Assembly: GCA_946611235.1 (NCBI GenBank)
Contig: CAMODE010000003.1
Location: forward strand, 1-61,804
Length of the DNA stretch: 61,804 nucleotides
Direction of reading: 5' to 3'
From: an uncultured Bacillales bacterium
GTDB lineage: Bacteria; Bacillota_I; Bacilli_A; RF39; UBA660
Shown here one piece after another: positions 26,389-35,041 of the stretch. Position numbers and translations under genes: made by a program. Within the stretch, counting starts at the first letter, position 1; every line of letters starts with the position of its first letter. The notes beneath the pieces were generated by a model. The model was not told where the DNA came from and made no database searches. It was given only the letters and a program-made list of their open reading frames with translations.

Positions 26389-29300
26389 CTATAGTGATTT
26401 ATACTCTTTTCTTTCCTCTACTTTAGTAAGATAATAATTTATGACATCAATATAATGTTTCATATCTAATGACTCATCAATTTGAGCATATTTACATTTA
26501 TCATCTTCTTTTTGTAAAATAGTTATAATTTTATTAAATAATTCTTCTAATTGATTACTATCTATTTCACCAATTAAAAAACTATTATTTATTTTAGATA
26601 CTAGTTTATCCATAAATATATTGCTTTTTTCTCTAGAAAAATATTTTTTAATCTTATCTGGGTTAGAAAAATTAAATCCATATATATTATTTTCTAAACG
26701 AACTAAATATTTTTCAAATAAACTTATATCTAAAGTATTAATAATACGTTCTTCATACTCTTTAAGAACAATGTATTCATTTATTGCAATTTTTTCCGTA
26801 TCTAAATATACTATTGGAATGCCTAATTCATAAGCAGCCTTTAAACTCTTATTATACCTATTAATATCAAAATTATCATAAATGATAACATAACTTGGCT
26901 GAATATTACCATATTTTGATACAATATTTCTTCTTAATTCAAGCCTTTCTAACACTAGTTCATTATAACCGCCCCTTGTATTATTAATATAATCATCAGG
27001 AAGCATAAAATGATTTTGACAGGCCCTTAACTCTATATCATCAGAATTCGATAAAATATCGCAACTATCCGCTAGCTGAATAGAATTATCACTAAAATCA
27101 TCAAAACCAAATAACACATCATTAATTGGAGCAGTTTGTCCAACATTTTGATTAGATATTAGTGATGTACATATACCGTGGTTTTTAATATTTTCATTAC
27201 TATTCCAAAACTTGATATAGTCTTCTACTCCTCCATGTAATCTATAAGCAGATACGCTATTTACTAACATAAAAAAGTCATCATCAGGATAATAAACAGG
27301 AATCTTTGTATCAGCATAATTAAGGAATAAATTAGGCTCTTTATCACTTACTTTATATAAAGACTTACGTAATTTATCATTAAATACTTTCTTTATATTT
27401 TGTTCCATTAATACTTTTTCTTCAATTGATAGTTTCCTATTTCTACTATAAAGATCTAATAAGTTATTTGTATCATCTTCTTCAACTATTTTTTTAATTG
27501 TCTTAATATATACAATCGGAACACTATCATCAAATTTATCTAAAGATTTCCCATAAGTATCTATTAGTTTTACAGCACTTTTTAAATTAACACCAAATAA
27601 TTTATTTAAAATAAACTTTTTAACATTATCAATATCATTGGTGTCACTAAAAGTTAAACGAATTTTCTCATCTAATTTTTCTTCATAGTTAACTAAATCC
27701 CTATTATCATTAACTTCAATAAATATTGAGTCAGCACTGGTTTCATTAACCTTAATTAAATTAAAAATTAAATTAATTTTATCTTTATCATCTAAGTTTT
27801 TATAATCAATATTATTTAAAAAACTATTTGCGTCATTTTTAAAAACATTAATTAATATATTAGTAATACTGTCATAATTAACATCATATTTATAAAGATG
27901 CTCTAAAAGACTTAATAACAAATTAATTCTATCAGGAGACTTTTTATATAAGAAGACAAGTTCTTGAGATTCTTTTTCATATCTTGAAATTCTTTTCAAA
28001 AAATTAGTATTATTTTTTACACAAGGAATATTAAGAAGTTCAAATATAAATGAACCATAAAAATAAATATTATTATTTGCTAGCTTATTCATCATATTTC
28101 TTTCTTCAGCGTTAAAGATATTATCATCACTAAGTAAATTTCTAACAAAGAATTCTGGATCAACTAAAGCTACAGCATTATAAATTATTTTAATAGTTTC
28201 TTTATTATTTGTTTTACTAAGCAAATAATTAATAGTGTCTGATATAGTATTATTATCATTTATGCCTAATAAAACATTTTTAATTACATATGATAAAGCT
28301 AGAGGATTAAATATATCAATATATTTATTTAAAATAGTATCAGTTGATATTTTCTCTTTACCATAATATTTATTCCATTCACATATTCTAAAAAGAACAT
28401 AACTATTCTCATAATTAATATATTTGTCTAAAAAGAATTCTTTTTTATCATCATCAATGCCCCCATACATTTGATAAATATCATCATTGTTAAACTTTAT
28501 AAAATATTTATCAAATAATTCCATCTTTTTATCACAATCAGATTCTTTTTTTAATATTTCTATAACATGATTTGAATCAAGTTTATTTAAAAGATTATCA
28601 AGTAGAATATATCGAATCTCCAAATCATCAATTTTTAAAAGTAAATCTTTTAATTCCTTACTAGGAATTATATTAGAATATCGAATAATAAGATCTACGA
28701 TATTGTCTTTATCTTTTAATTCACATGTTATATACCACATTTGACTTGGTTTCAAATATTTGAAATATTTATCAACAAAATAAATAATATTTTTTTCATC
28801 ATCTAGATAAGAACCAATAAAATGTTCAATATGCTCAATTTGCGTATCTGTTCCAATAAAATATGTATCAAAAAACTCCATTCTTTTCAGATCATTTTTA
28901 TAAGCACCGGCGATCCAATCAAGACGATAATCAGGAAAATTATCTTTATAAAGAAGAAATTCACTAGTTCTAAATTCATCATCCTTTATATTTCTTAAAA
29001 AATCAGAAAAACTATCTGAATCATAATAATCTATATATTTCCTAAAATACTCAGATTTTAAAATATCATTTCTAATAGAATTAATTATAAGAGTAATAAA
29101 AAGATATTCTTCTTTAAGTCTATCAAAATATTGGTTTAATAATCCAATCTTTATGTTATCACTATATATTTTTGATATTATACTACTCAAAGCATAATCA
29201 CTTACATTACTCGCACATTTAGATATTACATCTGTTTTTATTTTATCAAATTCCTCCCTACGAGGAAATCTACTTATTATTGTTTCAATATCAAAATATT

Positions 29301-29454
29301 GTTTATTAAGAATGGTTATTTCTAAAAGAATTATTAAATCGGTATCTTTATTATACTTCTGAACTACATCAATAATATTATGCCTTCTATAAATATTATC
29401 ATTTAAATAATAACTTTTAATTTCTTCATATCTATCTTCCATGTGACCACCCAT
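26389..29454 (-). CDS. 1021-aa orphan protein: N-terminal helical repeats plus a distinct C-terminal domain
   Basis: Long uninterrupted ORF. Recurrent (F/L)(F/V)DKY(F/I) motifs occur at FFDTYF, FVDKYF, LFDKYF and FLDKYI. The C-terminal region has polar motifs YRLHGG, HGICTSL and GGYNELVLE. Confidence 0.75.
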   Translation of the reverse strand: MGGHMEDRYEEIKSYYLNDNIYRRHNIIDVVQKYNKDTDLIILLEITILNKQYFDIETIISRFPRREEFDKIKTDVISKCASNVSDYALSSIISKIYSDNIKIGLLNQYFDRLKEEYLFITLIINSIRNDILKSEYFRKYIDYYDSDSFSDFLRNIKDDEFRTSEFLLYKDNFPDYRLDWIAGAYKNDLKRMEFFDTYFIGTDTQIEHIEHFIGSYLDDEKNIIYFVDKYFKYLKPSQMWYITCELKDKDNIVDLIIRYSNIIPSKELKDLLLKIDDLEIRYILLDNLLNKLDSNHVIEILKKESDCDKKMELFDKYFIKFNNDDIYQMYGGIDDDKKEFFLDKYINYENSYVLFRICEWNKYYGKEKISTDTILNKYIDIFNPLALSYVIKNVLLGINDNNTISDTINYLLSKTNNKETIKIIYNAVALVDPEFFVRNLLSDDNIFNAEERNMMNKLANNNIYFYGSFIFELLNIPCVKNNTNFLKRISRYEKESQELVFLYKKSPDRINLLLSLLEHLYKYDVNYDSITNILINVFKNDANSFLNNIDYKNLDDKDKINLIFNLIKVNETSADSIFIEVNDNRDLVNYEEKLDEKIRLTFSDTNDIDNVKKFILNKLFGVNLKSAVKLIDTYGKSLDKFDDSVPIVYIKTIKKIVEEDDTNNLLDLYSRNRKLSIEEKVLMEQNIKKVFNDKLRKSLYKVSDKEPNLFLNYADTKIPVYYPDDDFFMLVNSVSAYRLHGGVEDYIKFWNSNENIKNHGICTSLISNQNVGQTAPINDVLFGFDDFSDNSIQLADSCDILSNSDDIELRACQNHFMLPDDYINNTRGGYNELVLERLELRRNIVSKYGNIQPSYVIIYDNFDINRYNKSLKAAYELGIPIVYLDTEKIAINEYIVLKEYEERIINTLDISLFEKYLVRLENNIYGFNFSNPDKIKKYFSREKSNIFMDKLVSKINNSFLIGEIDSNQLEELFNKIITILQKEDDKCKYAQIDESLDMKHYIDVINYYLTKVEERKEYKSL

Positions 29455-29605
29455 ACTAATTATAAAATGTTTTTTATAAAATTATTTGTTATTGTTTTTC
29501 CAGTATTAATATCAAGTTCCATTTTGCTATATTATATTTATATTCCATAATTATTCTTTTTACTATATCTAAGTTAAGTATACCATATTGGATAATTTTT
29601 AACAA

Positions 29606-32203
29606 TTACTTTTTAAACTTATTTATATATTTTCTTATAAAGTCAATAGGAATGATCGTGATAGATATTAATAAGACAATAATAAACTCTAATAATGTTA
29701 TTCTAGTGGTATTAAAGATATTAAAGCCAAAATAGATGATAGATATTTGAACTATGATAATAAATAATATTATAAGTAAGAACATTTTATTTTCTTTTAG
29801 ATGAGCAAAGATATTTATTCTTTCGGTTCTAGTATTAAAGGCATTAAATACTGCTAGAAAGATGAATAAGGTAAAGAAAGCCGTCATTTTATGATTATTA
29901 TTTAAAAAGATAGTATCTATAATTGGTAGTTTTAGAAATAAGAGACATATTATTAATGAGTATATTCCTGATACAAAGATTTCATTTAGCATATATTTGC
30001 TTAAGATATTTTCTTCTTTTCTTTTAGGAAGTTCTTTCATATATTCAAGTCTTGGTACTTCATAAGAAAAAGCAAGTCCTGCAAGAGTATCCATGACCAT
30101 ATTTATCCATAGCATTTGAATCACACCAATCGGAGATGGTACACCAATAAAGGGACCAATTAAAGCTAGAGATACTGCTGCTAGATTGACAGTAAGTTGG
30201 AAGATAATAAATTTCCTAATATTTTTAAAGATAGTTCTACCATATAGTATTGCTTTGGATATTGATAAGATATTATCGTCTAATATTACAATATCAGAAG
30301 CTTCTTTAGCTACTTCAGTACCTGTTCCCATAGCAAAAGAAACATCAGCTTTTTTTAAGGCAATAGAATCATTTACTCCATCTCCGGTCATACCAGTAAC
30401 AAGACCTAGTTCTTTAGTAATATTTACTAGTCTTTTTTTATCTTCAGGAAGTGCTCTTGCTACTACTTTAATGTTTTTTATCTTTCTTTTTAATTCTTCA
30501 TCGGTATATTTTTCCAATTCTTTAGAGGTTATTACTAAGTCACTACTATTATCTATGATACCAACTTCGCTAGCAATATTAGAGGCTGTCTCTTTAGAGT
30601 CTCCTGTTACCATAATGATGTTTACTCCAGCTTCTTTAATTAATTTTATACTATCCTTTGCTTCTTCTCTTATATCATCTTTGATAAATATTATTCCAAT
30701 TAAAGTATTTCTTCTTATACTATCGATTGGATAAATACTTTCACTAAAAGAAACAGCAATTGCTCTTAATCCTTTTCTTGTTTTATTCTCAATTATGTTT
30801 AATAGTTTTTCTTTATCTAATATTTTCTTTTCATTATTCTTAGTTACATAATTAAGAGAATTCTTTATTATCTTATCAGGAGATCCTTTTATTAATTTTA
30901 TTTTTTTATTATTCTTTATAATAATCGTACTTGAATACTTATTAGTACTATTAAAAGGTAATTTATCAAATATTTTGATATTATGATCTTTATTTTTTTT
31001 TGCAAATATACGAAGAGCTTTATCGGTAATATTACCTCCGATAACCTTACCTGTTTCTATGTCTATTTCTGATTCGTTATTATAAATTAAAGAATCTTCA
31101 ATATATGTTTTATATTTATCATTTAACTCATCTAATAAATAGTATTCATTTAAATCACCATCTAATATCGATACTACTTCCATTTTACCTTTAGTAATTG
31201 TACCTGTTTTATCTGTAAATAAAACATTTAAAGAACCAGCGGTTTCTATACCGACCATTTTTCTTACTAAGACATTATCTTTTAACATTTTCTTTGAGTT
31301 AGTAGATAATACTAAAGTAATCATCATCGGAAGGCCTTCGGGTACAGACATAACTAGTACTGAAACCGCAAGAGTAAGTGCTTCGAGTAGGTATGATAAG
31401 AATTTATTTAAGGTTAATGTGTTTTTGATTAATTCAATATTAAAATTATTTAAGATAAATATCTTAGAGAATAAGTATGCTATTGATATTAGAATAGCTG
31501 CTATATAACCAATAGTACTTATTGTTTTAGCTAGTTTGTTTAATCTTATTTTTAAAGGAGAATCATCATTTACTTCTGTTAATTCTTTAGCCATTTTACC
31601 ATACATTGTATTCATTCCTACTTCAACTACTTTAGCATAAGCTTCTCCATCATAGATAGTGGTTCCTCTATAAACTTTATTTTTTTCCGTATAATTATTA
31701 ATATTACTAATACTTTCTTTTTTAGCTTCTTTAGTCTCACCATTAATAGAAGATTCATCTACCGATAATTTTCCTTTAATTAAGATACAATCAGCAGGTA
31801 CTCTATCTCCTGATGAAAGAATTATTACGTCTCCTTTTACGATATCATCAATTGTAATACTTGTAATGTTATTATTTCTTATTACTCTTACATTTATTTT
31901 AGAAGACTCTTCCTGCATCCTTTCAAAGGCTTTATTAGATCCATATTCACTAATCGCAGATATAACTGAAGCTACTAGTATAGCTATTACAATTCCTATT
32001 GTTTCAAAATAATCAAAATCTTTAAATAAAAAGATTGTTTTGATAGCAAGAGCTATTAATAATATCTTGATGATGGGGTCTCCTAGTGTCTCAATTAATA
32101 AACTAAAAAAAGTAGTTTTATTTCTCCCTGTTATACTATTATTACCATATTTTTTTCTGGATTCTTTTACCTCATCATTATTTAGTCCTTTAGTATTATC
32201 CAT
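29606..32203 (-). CDS. P-type ATPase, Ca2+-transporting (PMCA/SERCA-like, type IIA)
   Basis: DKTGTIT phosphorylation site, MVTGDS, GDGVNDS, about 10 TM segments, 865 aa. Confidence 0.9.
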   Translation of the reverse strand: MDNTKGLNNDEVKESRKKYGNNSITGRNKTTFFSLLIETLGDPIIKILLIALAIKTIFLFKDFDYFETIGIVIAILVASVISAISEYGSNKAFERMQEESSKINVRVIRNNNITSITIDDIVKGDVIILSSGDRVPADCILIKGKLSVDESSINGETKEAKKESISNINNYTEKNKVYRGTTIYDGEAYAKVVEVGMNTMYGKMAKELTEVNDDSPLKIRLNKLAKTISTIGYIAAILISIAYLFSKIFILNNFNIELIKNTLTLNKFLSYLLEALTLAVSVLVMSVPEGLPMMITLVLSTNSKKMLKDNVLVRKMVGIETAGSLNVLFTDKTGTITKGKMEVVSILDGDLNEYYLLDELNDKYKTYIEDSLIYNNESEIDIETGKVIGGNITDKALRIFAKKNKDHNIKIFDKLPFNSTNKYSSTIIIKNNKKIKLIKGSPDKIIKNSLNYVTKNNEKKILDKEKLLNIIENKTRKGLRAIAVSFSESIYPIDSIRRNTLIGIIFIKDDIREEAKDSIKLIKEAGVNIIMVTGDSKETASNIASEVGIIDNSSDLVITSKELEKYTDEELKRKIKNIKVVARALPEDKKRLVNITKELGLVTGMTGDGVNDSIALKKADVSFAMGTGTEVAKEASDIVILDDNILSISKAILYGRTIFKNIRKFIIFQLTVNLAAVSLALIGPFIGVPSPIGVIQMLWINMVMDTLAGLAFSYEVPRLEYMKELPKRKEENILSKYMLNEIFVSGIYSLIICLLFLKLPIIDTIFLNNNHKMTAFFTLFIFLAVFNAFNTRTERINIFAHLKENKMFLLIILFIIIVQISIIYFGFNIFNTTRITLLEFIIVLLISITIIPIDFIRKYINKFKK

Positions 32204-32261
32204 AAGTCCTCCTTACTAAATAATACTTACATTAACTATTTAATAGAAGGTCTATTAAGCG

Positions 32262-32284
32262 ACAAAAAAAGACCATTTCTAGTC
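32262..32284 (-). terminator. Rho-independent terminator after the Doc/Fic-like gene
   Basis: Minus strand reads AGACTAGAAATGGTCT followed by TTTTTTTG. Confidence 0.65.
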
Positions 32285-32294
32285 TATAAGTCAA

Positions 32295-32945
32295 TTAATT
32301 ATTATTTAAATCAATTCCATCAATACTTGTTTCATAAAATTTTATTAGTTTTTCAAAGAATGCCTTCTGATTTTCTTGTGAAATTGTAATAATACCACAA
32401 CCATTATCTATCATAATTTTATTAGTAAATAACATACCAACTCTTTTATTACCATCTATAAACATTTGTCTTCTCATAATCCATAGCATAACTTCTATTG
32501 CTATTTCAGTTTTAGTTTTTTCAGGTTGATTAAGTAATCTTTCTAATTCTTCTTTGATTTGGCTTTCTATTGGAAAATCTTGTTTCCAAGTAGTTCCCCC
32601 AATATTAACAGGAGTAGATTTTAATCTACCTAAATTCTCATCTAACGCTAATTTATCACAAGTTAATTTATGTAAATGATATAATGCTTTAAAATCATAA
32701 TCAATTCCCTCATTTTCTAATATAAACTCCCAAGCATATTTTAAGTTATTAATGGCTATAATTTTATCAACTGTTAATCCATTAACAATACCGCCATCAT
32801 AAATAGCTTGTGTTTCAGGATATGTTACACCGATACCCTCTAAATTAGCACTTTTCCATATATAATCAACTATATTTCTTTTAGCAACAAATACATTCTG
32901 CTTTCTTGTTAAATTAAATTTATTATTCATAATATCACTCTCCAT
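32295..32945 (-). CDS. Doc/Fic family protein with non-canonical motif QMFIDGNKR
   Basis: FIDGNKRVG matches the Doc-type HxFxDGNKR core but has Gln at the His position. The more likely start is ATG 32930, which has a GGAGAG RBS. Confidence 0.75.
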   Translation of the reverse strand: MESDIMNNKFNLTRKQNVFVAKRNIVDYIWKSANLEGIGVTYPETQAIYDGGIVNGLTVDKIIAINNLKYAWEFILENEGIDYDFKALYHLHKLTCDKLALDENLGRLKSTPVNIGGTTWKQDFPIESQIKEELERLLNQPEKTKTEIAIEVMLWIMRRQMFIDGNKRVGMLFTNKIMIDNGCGIITISQENQKAFFEKLIKFYETSIDGIDLNNN

Positions 32946-32958
32946 AAATATTTAAAAA

Positions 32959-34854
32959 ATCGAGTAGAGAAAATTCACATTAATTTGTAAATTTGTCCCT
33001 CTCACACCACCGTACGTACCGTTCGGTATACGGCGGTTCAATTTATATTATAGTATGTACTTTTAAGTAATGGTCTAGTGGAAATACTAGTCCTTTTCTT
33101 TTAAGTCGCTCATTTGAAATTGCCCTATCTATTGGTATACAATGACTTGTTTGCCAATAACTTTTCCTCGAGTATGAACATGATTTTGCTGTATCACTAT
33201 CAAGTCCAAGCTTAATCAAACATTTCATTCGATGTTGTGGTGTTTTCCATTGTTTCCATATGATACATCTTATCCTATGTCTCAAATGTTCACTTATACT
33301 ACTCATATATGTTTTCATATCAGCAATTCTAAAGTAATTTATCCACCCTCTTATAACTTGATTTAGTTTTACAATTCTTTCATCTAATGAAATACTCCAA
33401 CTTCTCTTAGTTATTTGTTTTAATTTTCTTTTAAACTTCTGAATTGATTTCAAGTGTGGTTTAGGTTTAATAATACCAGTTTTAGTATAATAAAAGCCAA
33501 AACCTAGATATTTGATTTGATTTGGTCTTGCAACTTTACTTTTCTCAACATTTACCTTTAATCCTAATTTCTTTTCAATAAACTTTGTTATGCTTTCCAT
33601 AACTCTATTTGCTGCTTTTTCACTTTGGACTACGATTATACAATCATCGGCATATCTAGCAAATCTTAGACCTCTCTCTTCAAGTTCTTTATCTAATTCA
33701 TTTAACATGATATTAGATAATAATGGTGATAAATTACCTCCTTGTGGTGTACCTACCTTTGTAGAACTAACTACATCATTTTCCATTACTCCACTTACTA
33801 GATATTTTCTTATTAATGACACTAATTCGCCGTCATGAATTGTTTTCATAATAATAGATATTAATTTATCATGACATACTGTATCAAAGAACTTTTGTAA
33901 ATCTATATCAACTACCCAAGTATAACCATCATTAAAATATTCCAATAATTTTACAATAGCCATTTCACATGAACGATTTGGTCTAAAACCATAACTTGTT
34001 TCGCTAAACTGGGTCTCATATATTGGAGATAATACTTGGACTATTGCTTGTTGTATTAATCTATCTACAACCGTTGGTATACCAAGTCCTCGTTTGTCTC
34101 CATTATCCTTTGGTATATAAACTCTTCTTACTGGACTAGGCTTATATTTTCTATTTCTTATTTGTTCTTTGATTTCCTCTTTATGTAAGTACATATAAGT
34201 TCCAAGTTCATCAACAGTAATTCCATCAACTCCACTTGTTCCTTTGTTCTTATATACTTGTTTGTATGCATCAAATAAATTTTTGTCATCTAAGACTTTT
34301 TCTAGTAATTCCATACTTGTTCTTTCCTTTCTAATTTCAACATTAGTCATTTATCTTTTAAGGATTTATACATAGTTATACGTTCTACTTATTTACCTTT
34401 TATTACATTCTGATTTATGACTAACATAATTTTAGTGTACTTAAACACTATAAATTGTTCAGTCCTTCCTAGTATTAACTAGTACTATGACCTCGGCTGA
34501 CTTCTCATGATAAACCTTTTTCGACCGACCATTTCTTCCTAACTATTGGTGTATTAAACCGCTAGTACTTATTCGTTCATGAGACCTCCCAGGGTAAGAC
34601 ATATAACTTTCCTCGTTTACTCACTTGATTTACTGCATAAAGTTACGTGTATCTTTTGGACTTTAGTTTGTTTTGTAACCTCATCCGTTTATACAGCCTT
34701 AGTATCAAGTTTCTGTTCGTTGAGCCACGATTTTGTTCCACACTTCCTTTAGCCCTAACATCACTGTTAATGCGTTGTGCTTCTCTAATACTTCGCAGAT
34801 ACTTACACGTATAGTGGACTTTCACCACCTAGCTATATGCCATGCCTGGCACAC
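32959..34854 (-). mobile_element. Group II intron, bacterial class C-like, with intron-encoded RT/maturase
   Basis: The minus strand starts GTGTGCCAGG immediately after hairpin+T5. Domain V is CCGCCGTATACCGAACGGTACGTACGGTGG (33012-33041) with a CGC triad. DVI has a bulged A 6 nt before ...CTCGAT. The RT ORF lies in domain IV. Confidence 0.85.
33043..34350 (-). CDS. Group II intron reverse transcriptase/maturase (no endonuclease domain)
   Basis: RT motifs GVDGIT, RRVYIPKDNGDKRGLGIPTVVDRLIQQA, FGFRPNRS and YADDCIIV. Maturase X motif RGWINYFR. 435 aa. Confidence 0.92.
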   Translation of the reverse strand: MTNVEIRKERTSMELLEKVLDDKNLFDAYKQVYKNKGTSGVDGITVDELGTYMYLHKEEIKEQIRNRKYKPSPVRRVYIPKDNGDKRGLGIPTVVDRLIQQAIVQVLSPIYETQFSETSYGFRPNRSCEMAIVKLLEYFNDGYTWVVDIDLQKFFDTVCHDKLISIIMKTIHDGELVSLIRKYLVSGVMENDVVSSTKVGTPQGGNLSPLLSNIMLNELDKELEERGLRFARYADDCIIVVQSEKAANRVMESITKFIEKKLGLKVNVEKSKVARPNQIKYLGFGFYYTKTGIIKPKPHLKSIQKFKRKLKQITKRSWSISLDERIVKLNQVIRGWINYFRIADMKTYMSSISEHLRHRIRCIIWKQWKTPQHRMKCLIKLGLDSDTAKSCSYSRKSYWQTSHCIPIDRAISNERLKRKGLVFPLDHYLKVHTII

Positions 34855-34877
34855 AAAAAGCGAGCCCTATCGGGCTC
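34855..34877 (-). terminator. Terminator hairpin GAGCCC-GATA-GGGCTC plus T5 (intron target; left att copy)
   Basis: Read on the minus strand. The intron 5' end follows 1-2 nt after the T-run. Confidence 0.7.
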
Positions 34878-34886
34878 TTCAGGGGG
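34875..34886. repeat. attL-like core CTCTTCAGGGGG
   Basis: Exact 12-mer repeated at 45386-45397. Both copies lie beside homologous hairpins and a GGTTA(G/T)AA tract. Confidence 0.65.
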
Positions 34887-34993
34887 CGGTTAGAATTCAC
34901 GTACTTCAAAGTTTATATAAATACTTTTGCCTTTATTTAAAAGGATTTAAAAGTAAATAAAATAACTAAATATTATAAGAATTTTAAATTCTT

Positions 34994-35014
34994 GGTAGTT
35001 GAAAAGGTAGTTGA
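34994..35014. repeat. Two direct GGTAGTTGA motifs (candidate arm-type integrase sites), left end of IME
   Basis: GGTAGTTGA at 34994-35002 and 35006-35014. Related copies lie at 45286-45305. Confidence 0.4.
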
Positions 35015-35041
35015 GAAAAGTTTCTTAACTACCTTTTTATA

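Noticed and set aside
34643-34960. ORF-track entries 34643..34828 (-) and 34733..34960 (+)
   Set aside because: Both lie in intron domain I RNA and the att/terminator region. They have no RBS and their composition reflects structured RNA.
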